The notes under the pieces: generated by a model
Seen by the model: only the letters and a program-made list of their open reading frames with translations
Database searches by the model: none
Told to the model about the DNA's origin: nothing
Assembly (NCBI GenBank): GCA_000320545.1
Contig: ADNK01001691.1
Span: 1 to 64,000, forward strand
DNA: 64,000 nt
Reading direction: 5' to 3'
Source of the DNA: Bigelowiella natans CCMP2755
Lineage: Eukaryota > Protista > Cercozoa
Shown: positions 53,226-63,500 of the stretch, piece after piece
Numbering within the stretch: the first letter of the stretch is position 1
How the letters are laid out: each line of letters opens with the position of its first letter
Translations under genes and position numbers: made by a program

Positions 53226-53551
53226 TGTTGCGCGTAAGGTGTTCACAGGCCGAGGCGCTACGTGCACAAGTAGGCAGGGGGGGGGAAAGGCACGTTTGCT
53301 TCCTTTTGAAGAGTTTTGTTTATTTTTATTAAAGATTATATTTTTATTAAATCGTGCACTGCGTAATCATTCGCGAAGCTTTCGCGAATGCCGCCGCACG
53401 TGGGGCAGCACACTTCCGGTGTGCTGCCATGAGTCCCGCCGGAACCCACGTGCCTATGCTGTATTAATATCTACGTTATCTATATTCTATATCCGCGACA
53501 ACCCCTTTGTTGTCGCACGTGACTTGTGCCCGCGTAGTGGTACGCGCTACA
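53226..53551 (-). repeat. 3' LTR of Gypsy copy 2
   Basis: Direct repeat of 58767-59092; PPT adjacent at 53552-53559. Confidence 0.95.
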
Positions 53552-53602
53552 CCTCCCCCAAGTCACGTTGCTCCTTCCTTCCTTCCTTATTCCCTTAGAC
53601 CT

Positions 53603-56600
53603 TCATCGCTTTCGGAACTTCACCAACCACCAGGTAATAGATTCCTCTCTAACCTTATCTCCTTTGTCGCTTACCCAGAACTCACCTTCGTCCTTAGGTT
53701 CGTGTCCATACCAGCCCTCTGCATCAAGGTCCCCCAGGACCTTATACCAGTGCTCAAAGGGTAAGTCGGGAACAGCTAGGTAGAGTAGCTGATATTTTCC
53801 GTCCTTTATTTTCATAGCTACCCTCTCCATATTTCGTAATCCAGGGTAGCCTAGATAGACAATCTTCATGCGCCAATCGTCGTTCACCCTGACCTTATTG
53901 TTTCCATATTCCACATCGAACTTAGGTCGGGGTCCTAAACAAGGCATTGCTCGCTCCCACACAGTAGGGTTTACTTTAACATCCTCTAGGAGCTTCTCAC
54001 CGATATCATAATTCTTTAGGTGACTGATGTGGCGCAAGGTGACCCTGTTCCCATCATAGATGTAGTACTGCTTCCTCCCCTTCCTCTCGGTAACCTTTGC
54101 AACGCCACCCCAGAAGGGGTCTTGTTTATTTCTCGATCTCAGATTTACCTTGGCCCTAACATACTGTCCTTCCTTTAGAACTCGGCCATCGTACGGGACC
54201 TTCTCGTCTTCGCTCTCGGTATCGTCGTCGTTGTCGTCGCCTTCTTCCCTCTCCTTATCCTTGATACCTCCCCCAGACGTGAAGGTGTCGTTTACTAACC
54301 CTTGTATCTTGTCTGGTGTGGTGCTATTTATCCTGCTTAGGTTGGCCAAGGTGCGGTGGAGTCGCTCTACCTTGGAGTTGGACTGGGCATAGTATACAGG
54401 TGAGGCATCAATATTAGGGTGTGGTAGCTGTAGAAGAGAGGTCTCATTATCCACATGTAACTTCTTTGGTATCTTGTTTATGCTAACTTCATCAGGGATA
54501 GCCTGGAGCTCAGACTCCCAGGTACGGTAGCAGTTAGTAAGCCTCTGCTTATATAAGCCTTTGTTCTTCTTAGCAACGTTGACCTTGATAATCTTTTTAA
54601 CCCAGCACTTTCCAGTGGCCACATCAACGAAGGTAAGGTAGTGATAGCCATCGTACTTATAAACATCAATTTGCACGATATCTAAGAAGTTCCTTGCTTT
54701 GATTTTCTTAGATGCACGGCTCTTGCTGGACTCCTTGGTGGCGACGCCTGCCGCCTTCAAGCTGGAGCACCTGCAGCCACGCAGGTATGTCCTTATCTCT
54801 TTTAGCTTGTAGGGCCAGTAGTAATGGTAGAGTAGAGCAGTGATATGGTTTTCTCCTACGTGTGCAGGTCCATGGGCGGTAAAGAGAAGGGCTCCCCTGG
54901 TCCGCCGTGGCACGTAGGTACGCCTAACATTATTAGTGTATACATATATCCTATCACTAAGTACCTCATGCTTGTGTTTGTATTTATCCAGGTGTTCTTG
55001 AAGGTGCTGGAGCTCCTCTGGCTCAGGCAGGAAGTCGCCGTCCTCGAAGGTAATCGCGTTAACCATAGGGGTGACCTGGGTAGGGACTTTCTTTTCGAAC
55101 AGCCTGCTGAAATAGTCAGCAAGCTGCTTGTCTCCTGGTGCGTAGACCACTGTCCTCTTGTCCCTAAACTCTTCCGTGTCCGCCCTCATAGCTGCATACT
55201 CATCGTTAGGCGCTTCGAGCTTGCGGTCGATGCCTAGGAGGGGCTTGTGGTCAGTCATTAAGGTGAAGCTGGGCACCGACAGCAGGTAGTATCTTAGTTT
55301 CCTCTGCGCCTCAGTCATGGCTTTATACTCTCCTTTTGTAGGGCTGTACTTGGCCTCAGCTGCTGTGCAGGCCCTGCCCCACACCCGTATGATCTGCTGG
55401 TCTTGGGTAAGTACAGCAGCCATACCTAGCTTAGACCAGTCTGTCCATAGGGTAGCTGGTCTAGTAGTGTCTAGCTTAGCATTCAATAGGGTGTTGCTGC
55501 ATAACTTTATTAGGTTATCGAAGTGGGCATCAAGGCCAGCCTTGGCCCACACCTTAGCGAAGCTGAGGCCTACAGAGTTCTCCTTCCGGTAAGCAGTAGT
55601 AAAAGCAGCTGCAGTCCTAGCGTAGGTAGGGGAGAACCTACGTAGTATCCAAGCTGCAGTCTGCAAGAATGACTTTAACTCCTTTGCATTCTTAGGTTTA
55701 GGGGCTTGCTGTAGTGCTGCTACTTTCTCGGGGTTTGGGGTGATGCGGCCTTGCTCCAGGTAATATCCACACCACTTGATTCTTGTAGCTAGGAATGTAC
55801 ACTTCTGCAGTCTAATAGTAAAACCGAAGTGTGCAAACCTAATAAATATATTTTCCAGGAGGAAGATCTGAGCGACGACTGTGTTGGTACATATTATGTC
55901 ATCATCCACATACACAAACACAAACACCCACAACACAGACGCCATCCCATCATGTGTGTATGCCCTGTAGTTCTGACTACTGAACGCATCCCCTGATATG
56001 CTTAGGCCGTAAGGGAATACGACGAAGTGCCACTTCCTGTGCCTGCTGGAGAACGCGGTAATGGGGCGGGAGGTTTTGTGGATGGGTGTCTGCATGTATG
56101 ATTCATTTTTATCTAGGGAAGAGTAGTATTTGTATCCTATGACGTGTTCAATAACGTCATCTATCCTTGGTGTAGGTGTCTGGATCCTCTTTATTACTCG
56201 GTTGTGGCGGATGAAGTTGTGCGCCAGGCGGAAGAAAGGGTAAGTAGGTTTCTTAGCTAGCACATGTCTCACGTTCCATGGTGAGTTGCTTGGCTCTATC
56301 TTCCCTTCCTTTGCCCATTCATTGATCTGCCACTCTATCTTTTCCCAGTCCGCTTCCGGTCGCCTATGTTCTGGGTCATTGATGATGCACTCTTCGTATC
56401 CCTTCTTTAGCTCGATCTTTACTGGGGTAAGCTTGCTGGAGGGCTTCGTCGTCGGCTTGGTGATGTCAGAGTACTTCTCGTTTAATATTTTATTAATGTA
56501 CTTTTTGCCTTTGTCGATATCCCAATCATCAGCTGGGGGGGTCTTGTCCAGTAGCTCCGTTATCTGTCGGATGGTCTTGCCGGGGTTCTTCTTCCGTAGC

Positions 56601-57397
56601 TCGGTAGGTGTAGGTAGCTTGTTGTCCGCTAGGTCCATAAACTCTAACGCATTAACGCTTGACTCAGAGGTCCACTCGTCAAGCCGTATCATGTTCTGGC
56701 TGATGGTCCTGCCTGACTTCTTTGGCAACTTAGCAAAGTATATCTTGTGATTGTAGAATGATATGATCCCCCCTAATTTTTCTAGGGCATCCTGTCCGAG
56801 GAGTAGTTCCATGGATAAAGTCATGGCTACTCGGGTCTTGATTTGGGTCTCCGCGTCGCTGCCAGGTATCTGTAGCTTTAGCATTAGCTCACCGACGGTC
56901 TTCATGGAAGAGCTTCCGTCTGCTTGAGCATATTTACGTTCTTTCTTAGTCACTTGATCCAATAGTCCTAACCTTCTTACTGTGCTTAGGCTTATGAAGG
57001 ACTTCGGCATGCTGCCACTATCCCAAAGGGCAGGTAGTTTCTTGTAGTCTCCGTAGCTGTCTTTAACTTTAACCTTGGTCATAGCAACTTTGATAGTCCT
57101 GTTAGCGTCTTCGTCATTAATGTTGCATACTCCTAAGTTCTTTATGTCGTCTAGGGTCATGGGCTTGTCTTGGTCCTGCGTTGCTGGTACTGCTGTCTTC
57201 GTCGGCGCCTGCTTAAGGTGATCTAATATTCCGTTTATCTGCTGCTGTATAGCATTGATACTGTTCTGCTTTTTGTTCTTATATTTATTGTTCTTCCCGT
57301 TGTTGCTGCCTTGCCATTTGCTGTTGTTATATCCTTGTCCTCTGCCTTTCTTTCTCTTTAACTTCTCGTAGTGTTCGTTGAGCTGCCTGATCGTCAT
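53603..57397 (-). CDS. pol: Pol: protease, RT, RNase H, integrase, methyltransferase-like C-terminus
   Basis: ALWDSGS; PYGL; YVDD; TDWS and TDHKPL; HHCC plus DDE integrase. Confidence 0.93.
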   Translation of the reverse strand: MTIRQLNEHYEKLKRKKGRGQGYNNSKWQGSNNGKNNKYKNKKQNSINAIQQQINGILDHLKQAPTKTAVPATQDQDKPMTLDDIKNLGVCNINDEDANRTIKVAMTKVKVKDSYGDYKKLPALWDSGSMPKSFISLSTVRRLGLLDQVTKKERKYAQADGSSSMKTVGELMLKLQIPGSDAETQIKTRVAMTLSMELLLGQDALEKLGGIISFYNHKIYFAKLPKKSGRTISQNMIRLDEWTSESSVNALEFMDLADNKLPTPTELRKKNPGKTIRQITELLDKTPPADDWDIDKGKKYINKILNEKYSDITKPTTKPSSKLTPVKIELKKGYEECIINDPEHRRPEADWEKIEWQINEWAKEGKIEPSNSPWNVRHVLAKKPTYPFFRLAHNFIRHNRVIKRIQTPTPRIDDVIEHVIGYKYYSSLDKNESYMQTPIHKTSRPITAFSSRHRKWHFVVFPYGLSISGDAFSSQNYRAYTHDGMASVLWVFVFVYVDDDIICTNTVVAQIFLLENIFIRFAHFGFTIRLQKCTFLATRIKWCGYYLEQGRITPNPEKVAALQQAPKPKNAKELKSFLQTAAWILRRFSPTYARTAAAFTTAYRKENSVGLSFAKVWAKAGLDAHFDNLIKLCSNTLLNAKLDTTRPATLWTDWSKLGMAAVLTQDQQIIRVWGRACTAAEAKYSPTKGEYKAMTEAQRKLRYYLLSVPSFTLMTDHKPLLGIDRKLEAPNDEYAAMRADTEEFRDKRTVVYAPGDKQLADYFSRLFEKKVPTQVTPMVNAITFEDGDFLPEPEELQHLQEHLDKYKHKHEVLSDRIYVYTNNVRRTYVPRRTRGALLFTAHGPAHVGENHITALLYHYYWPYKLKEIRTYLRGCRCSSLKAAGVATKESSKSRASKKIKARNFLDIVQIDVYKYDGYHYLTFVDVATGKCWVKKIIKVNVAKKNKGLYKQRLTNCYRTWESELQAIPDEVSINKIPKKLHVDNETSLLQLPHPNIDASPVYYAQSNSKVERLHRTLANLSRINSTTPDKIQGLVNDTFTSGGGIKDKEREEGDDNDDDTESEDEKVPYDGRVLKEGQYVRAKVNLRSRNKQDPFWGGVAKVTERKGRKQYYIYDGNRVTLRHISHLKNYDIGEKLLEDVKVNPTVWERAMPCLGPRPKFDVEYGNNKVRVNDDWRMKIVYLGYPGLRNMERVAMKIKDGKYQLLYLAVPDLPFEHWYKVLGDLDAEGWYGHEPKDEGEFWVSDKGDKVREESITWWLVKFRKR

Positions 57398-57605
57398 CCT
57401 GGGTCGTCCTTCTTTCCTGTCTCTGCAGTCTTTAGCGGTGTGTTTCCCTTTACGTGCTGCCTTGCCATTTGCTGTTGTTATATCCTTGTCCTCTGCCTTT
57501 CTTTCTCTTTAACTTCTCGTAGTGTTCGTTGAGCTGCCTGATCGTCATCCTGGGTCGTCCTTCTTTCCTGTCTCTGCAGTCTTTAGCGGTGTGTTTCCCT
57601 TTACG
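57304..57605. repeat. Perfect 151-bp tandem duplication at the gag-pol junction
   Basis: 57304-57454 equals 57455-57605; the same peptide ends Gag and starts Pol in the ORF track. Confidence 0.92.
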
Positions 57606-58727
57606 TGAGCAGTATCCGCAACGTCGGTTACCTTCCCTGTCCTTGTACCAGTCTCGCTGCGGCTTAATAGCGTTAATGTTTCCTATGCCAGGTACCTTAG
57701 GGCTGGTAAACTTGCGGTCCTGCTCCTGCTCGCGTAGGGATATAGCCTGCACTGCTGCCTCCATCGTGGTGTAGCCTTTCTCCGTAACGTAAGTGGATTC
57801 CTTTATCTTTAACTTGAACTCTTCAAACCTTGCCTGATCATCACCTGTGTTGTAATTAAAATCATGTAGTTCGTCGATCATATCCTGGAAGCGCGTGGCA
57901 AAGTCTCTAACAGGTTCTCTCTCATGCTGCATCATTGCTCTGTATTTTCTAATAGCCTGGGGTAGGGAGTTAGCATCCTGTTCATTTACAAAAGCCTTCA
58001 TTATCGCCTCAACGTCTCGTAGCCCACTAACTGTAGTGTGTATTTTCTCTAGCTGCCTGATCCGGGTCCTGCCTGTCTCGTAAAGGTCCATGGCTTGCTT
58101 TATTATAGCTAGCCATTTGAGCTTGTCGTTTTCGGTGGGGTTAGGGGTAAAGTCGCAGAGTATACTCCTAGCGTTCTTCCACCACCTCCTTGCCTCACCT
58201 CTTTTCCCGTTGTATTTCGTTATCATAACCGGTGCTGTTTTAACAGACATGAACTGGGTGTTCCGCTGTACCGGCTGCTGCTGCTTGACGGTGCTCTGGG
58301 TCGTCCCCCGCGAGGCGCCCAGACCCCCGTCGTTCCTAAACAAAGCTGCCCACTCTGGAGGTAAGTCTGCTTCGTAATCCATGATGTCCTGCATGATAGC
58401 TGCCCAAACATCATGTGTCTGATACTTGTATTCTATCGATACTTTCAGTTTGGCGTAGTTGCTCGCCCTGGGTCGCAAGGCTCGTAATGCCATTACGACC
58501 TTCTTGCTTTCGGCGGCCACGTCCTCGTCGTCCGCCTCGTAGAAGTTCTCCAGTGCCTCTGCTGCTGCATCTGCTTTCTTAATCCCGGGTGCTGGTCCCG
58601 GCGGTGCCTGTGGAGGTGTTCCTCCTCCTTCCTTAGCGTCCGTATCGCCCTTCCTTTCCTGTTTCTGCTCGTGCCCTTGCACGGCCTGCGAGCCAAAGTC
58701 CTGCTGTTCTTCTAGCTGCTGTGACAT
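57450..58727 (-). CDS. gag: Gag with a CX2CX5HX4C knuckle
   Basis: 425 aa; CGYCSRKGKHTAKDC. Confidence 0.88.
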   Translation of the reverse strand: MSQQLEEQQDFGSQAVQGHEQKQERKGDTDAKEGGGTPPQAPPGPAPGIKKADAAAEALENFYEADDEDVAAESKKVVMALRALRPRASNYAKLKVSIEYKYQTHDVWAAIMQDIMDYEADLPPEWAALFRNDGGLGASRGTTQSTVKQQQPVQRNTQFMSVKTAPVMITKYNGKRGEARRWWKNARSILCDFTPNPTENDKLKWLAIIKQAMDLYETGRTRIRQLEKIHTTVSGLRDVEAIMKAFVNEQDANSLPQAIRKYRAMMQHEREPVRDFATRFQDMIDELHDFNYNTGDDQARFEEFKLKIKESTYVTEKGYTTMEAAVQAISLREQEQDRKFTSPKVPGIGNINAIKPQRDWYKDREGNRRCGYCSRKGKHTAKDCRDRKEGRPRMTIRQLNEHYEKLKRKKGRGQGYNNSKWQGST

Positions 58728-58766
58728 TGTTAGTCAAATCGTTTCCCGTGTGTGGAAGCCAAAGGT

Positions 58767-59092
58767 TGTTGCGCGTAAGGTGTTCACAGGCCGAGGCGCT
58801 ACGTGCACAAGTAGGCAGGGGGGGGGAAAGGCACGTTTGCTTCCTTTTGAAGAGTTTTGTTTATTTTTATTAAAGATTATATTTTTATTAAATCGTGCAC
58901 TGCGTAATCATTCGCGAAGCTTTCGCGAATGCCGCCGCACGTGGGGCAGCACACTTCCGGTGTGCTGCCATGAGTCCCGCCGGAACCCACGTGCCTATGC
59001 TGTATTAATATCTACGTTATCTATATTCTATATCCGCGACAACCCCTTTGTTGTCGCACGTGACTTGTGCCCGCGTAGTGGTACGCGCTACA
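58767..59092 (-). repeat. 5' LTR of Gypsy copy 2
   Basis: Followed by the PBS at 58744-58761. Confidence 0.95.
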
Positions 59093-60029
59093 TGCGTGGG
59101 TGATGTTCGTCCATTGTCGACATGTGTGCCCAAACGCATGCAGCTCGCATGATGAACGTTTGGATGACGTTGCATTGTCGTCCCGAGGCAGACCGACTGT
59201 GTGCGCCATGCACAACACAACGGACACAAATGGACAACTCCAAAACGCCTGGAACGTGCCAGCGCGTGCCAGCGTGTTGTGGACAGCAGGTGACGTGCTG
59301 CTGCGCTGTTCATTTTGTCAGTTTGCCATGGCAATTGTGTCACGTTCGTGGTGAATGTGTGTGTCATCTCTTCGTTTCCACACACGTGCATGATGATGGA
59401 CACAACACACGTGCCAGCGTGGTGCACGTGGTGTGCTCAGTGCTGGTGTGGGCGTGCTCTCACGCACACACCAGCTCTGGAGCTCTGCTAGTCGGCCTGT
59501 CTGGCCTGTCTAGCTGTGGGCAGCACCACTCCTGGCTCCGCCGCCGATACAGACGCTTGTGGTCCCATGCCAGCATGGCTGTGGGCTCGAAGGCTAGAAG
59601 GGTGATGTGTTGCAACAAAGTGCACGTGCATTCATCAACCATTTCACTGCACCAAGAATCGTGCATGTGCAAGACGATTTGCGTGTGAACACTTGCAACG
59701 TGTGCGCACGTGTGTGTGTGTGAACTTGCTTGGTGCGTGCGGACACAAAAAGGGCACGTGACAATGGACACGTGATCCGGCCTGTTTGATGCACGTGAAC
59801 AACATGGACACATCTAGACATGTGTCCAGTGCTGGAGTGTGCGTGTCACATGCGCGTGCACGTACGTGATTCTGCAGAAGACTCCAAGGACGCACGCGTG
59901 TCCCAGCAGGTTGGCAGGGGTGTCAGCGGTCTGGCCGCGCCACCCACGATCAAGGAGCTGTCGCAGCATGCGCACGTCCACTCGTGCTGCACGCTGCGCT
60001 GCGCACATGCGCATGGAAGTTCTCAGAAC

Positions 60030-60167
60030 TTCGGGAATCTTCGAGAAGCTTCGAGAACATTCCGGAAGATTCGAGAATCTTCCAGAATCTTCGAGAGCAT
60101 TCCGGAAGCTTCGAGAATCTTCCAGAGAATTCGAGAGAATTCTGGAAGATTCGAGAATCTTCGCGAA
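60030..60167. promoter_or_regulatory. Heat-shock element array, (TTCnnGAAnn) x14
   Basis: TTC every 10 bp from 60030 to 60160; GAA in 11 units and GAG in 3. Confidence 0.75.
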
Positions 60168-60318
60168 TGCGCCGGAACCCAATGCGCACATGCATGCAGC
60201 GCAAGTCACAAGTCATCAAAGAATTCAAACGCACACAGGACCGCGTGTTGACACTTGGTGACATCAACAGCACAGTCCCGCGCACAAAAGCTGAGCAGCT
60301 ACCGCAAGCCCGCTAAAA

Positions 60319-60330
60319 GGTCATGAGCCT
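60319..60330 (+). promoter_or_regulatory. Half-tRNAiMet-type PBS, mutated
   Basis: GGTCATGAGCCT versus the Ty5/copia-type GGTTATGAGCCC. Confidence 0.65.
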
Positions 60331-60501
60331 CAAGAGGACTTGCTAGAGAACCAACTCAGAAAAGAACCAAGCAACCCCCCACCCCCCTTCAGCTACATCC
60401 TTCCAGAAGAAGGAACTGAAAGCGACAACAGCATTCCCTCAGCCAATCTTCGGTCAAGCCTCCAAAGCACTGAAAAACAAAGAAAATAGGAACGAAACAA
60501 C

Positions 60502-63500
60502 ATGTCAGAAAAGCAGATAGACTCCCTACTAAAAAAACTTCACCCTCAAGTACGATGGTAGCAACTACAAGCCCTACATGTACAAGCTAATGTCTGCCTT
60601 TGAAGCAGCGGATTTGGAATCATGCTTCAATGTCAACATAGAAATAGAAGGAAAGGTGACAGAAGTCAATGTACGCACCGACCCCGCTCACCGACGAGAA
60701 GTACTCAAGCTATCCCCGGAGCAATTCGATATCCTCAATCCCAAACCTGAAGGAAGAGGATCACAAGAAAAGATAAACAAAAGAAAGAGAGGAAGATTCT
60801 TCCTCACTGCTACCCTTCCTGATAAATTCTTCGATCTACTCGAAGGAAAACCCAAAGACGTAGCAGTTACCTTAGCAGCCTTGCTGGAGAAGTACGAGCC
60901 TACCAATCCTGTAGCCGTCAGGAAACTTTATTCGAAACTAAGTGATATAAACATGGGTCAGTACAATGGAGACTTCACAAAGCATCATTCTGACCTTGAC
61001 TTGACGATCAGAAGACTTCGGGCACAGCACGAAGGATACTCCGACAACCAAGCGCTTGCCACTCTACTTCGAGGACTTGTACCTAGCGAAAAATACGAGA
61101 CTATAGTTACAGTCATCAACAACAAGAAAGATGGTACCTTCGACTCTGCAGTGGACATGATACGTTCCCACATGAACTCCCGATCGCTCGATGACGGGCA
61201 GAGACCTTCAAAGAAAAATGCAGGACACACCAGTGCAGAACACAAATACGTGAAGATGTACGATGGCTTGGAGAAAAGGCTAAACGAACTTACAGGTCAG
61301 CTGAATACCTACAAGAGAAAATTCAAAAAGGGAAAGAACAGATACAACAGCGGAGCATATCAAGACAATTCCAAGAAGCAAAAGAGAGAAGACTATTTCT
61401 TGAACTTAAAGAAAAGAACAAAATGTCATTACTGTGGCAAGAAAGGACATTGGGAAAAGGAATGCAGAAACAAGATGAGAGATGAAGGCAAGCAGAACAA
61501 AGGAAAACACTATTCCTTCATTGATCATGGCTCCCCTTCCCAAAGACCCTCTTACATTAATAAGATGGCACGCGACAATTCTTACCTGCAAACGCTGAAG
61601 TACAACCATAAGCCTTTGATCCTTCTCGACAGCGGAGCCAACAACCACTTCTTCTGTGACCGCGACTTCTTCAACGAGTTGAAACCTATTCAACCACGAT
61701 ACATAGAAGTTGGCAAAGATGGGACAGGATTCTTTGTGAATTATGCAGGCGACGTCAAACTAACTACTAAAAACAAGCAAGGAAAGATGCACAAAATTGT
61801 TCTACAAGGAGCTTTGTACTCTGAAGAAGCTGCAGGCAATGTGATCTCTCTAAACAGACTAGTTAAGAGTGGCAGCGAGTACAAAGGAACAAAACAAGGA
61901 ATAAGCATTACCGCCAACGGAGAGGAATACGCGTTCGGAGACTTTCAAGACGACGGCCTATTTTATTTGAGATATAAACAAATAAACAAAAGTACAAATA
62001 CACAAAGATTTAAATCCTACCCTATGAAGCAACCATCTCCAATCAAGCACGCACATAACATCCTAGGGCACATCGCAACGGATAAGATAAGAGACACCTA
62101 TGCAGTTACAGAAGGTTTACCTTATTCCAAGATGATAAAGATACCAAAGAAGATCTTTTGCAAGGCCTGTGATGTAGCCAAAACAAAAAGATCTCCGATC
62201 TTTGATCTAAGCGCCCAAGAAAGGATGAAACAGCATAGGAATAAAGCAAAGATTGAGAACGATGCTGTCAAAAAGAAACAAAAATGTGTACCTGTTATCC
62301 ACAAGAAAAACCGGATGTGGAATAGAATTCACTCTGATGTAAAGACCATGCCTAACAGCATGGATGGTTACAAGTATTTCGTAATATTCGTACATGAAGG
62401 AACAAGGTGGGTTACCTTGGAGCTCTTGAGAAAGAAAAGCGAAGTTACGCAGAAAACCATACAGTTCCTAAAGCACATCAGAAAGCTTCCAGGTTGTGGA
62501 AGCATAGACGAATTCAGATCGGATGGTGGAGGTGAATATATGAGCGCAAAGCTACATAGCTGGCTCACCTCCGAAGGAATAAAATGGGTTCCTAGCACCG
62601 CCCGAACACCTGAGCAAAATGGAATGTCCGAGCGTCACATACAGACTATCATGGCGAAAACAAGAGCTATGTTAGAACATGCACGCTTACCGGTCGGATA
62701 CTGGTCCTACGCAGCTCAGACTGCAGCATATCTCCACAACGTCACCTCACATCGCAGCACTCCTGGTAAAAAAACGCCTAAAGAACTACTGCACCATGAG
62801 CAACCAAATCTAAAGAATCTAACTACCTGGGGATGCATCGGAGTAAACCACATCGACAAGGAACTCCGACCTGCAGGTGGTATGGGTGCTAGAGGTGAAT
62901 ACGTACGTATGTTGGGATATGACGATAGATTTGGTACTTTTCTCGTCGCCACGAAGACGCTGAAAATTAAAAGAGTCCGTGTAACTAAATGGTACCACAC
63001 AGTGTTTAAGTTTCCTTCGCTGAAGAGAAACAAAGTTAGTGATTCGGCTTTGGCGTACCTTTATCCAGAAGGTCCTGCCGACGCGGACGCCCCCGAACCA
63101 TCCAGTGCAACTGACGAGTCGCCAGAGGATGGTGGGCCTGAAACAAAAGCAAAAAGTAAGCCTCGAAGGTCGAATAGAGAAAATAGGGGAGTACCTGGTA
63201 TTCGTTACGGAATACTTGGTAGCTATTACGACCGCCTGATGAATATAAAAGCTCCATCAGTACATGAGATCGAGGACCTTCCTAAGACGTATGACGATGC
63301 AATCACAGGAGATGATAAGAAGCATTGGATACCTTCTACGGAAGAGGAACTGCACCAGCTTCGAAAACTTGGAACGTTTACGCTGGTAGTGCGACCTAAG
63401 GATACAAATTTCGTTACATCTAAATGGGTATTCAAGAAGAAAATAAATGTAGACTATACCATTCGGTATAAGTCAAGGCTGGTCGCGCGAGGGTTCACGC

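Larger units (their letters stand above)
53226..59092 (-). mobile_element. Full-length Ty3/Gypsy LTR retrotransposon (copy 2)
   Basis: 326-bp LTRs, 4-bp TSD TGCG (53222-53225 and 59093-59096), domain order gag-PR-RT-RH-IN. Confidence 0.97.
59093..60330. other. TpA-depleted tract including the Copia LTR
   Basis: 6 TA in about 1.2 kb by manual count, 4 of them in CTAG. Confidence 0.85.

Noticed and set aside
60030-60167. CRISPR-like or coding repeat (ORFs 59814-60316)
   Set aside because: 10-bp period with no spacers; the ORFs stay open only because TA-free DNA lacks TAA/TAG stops
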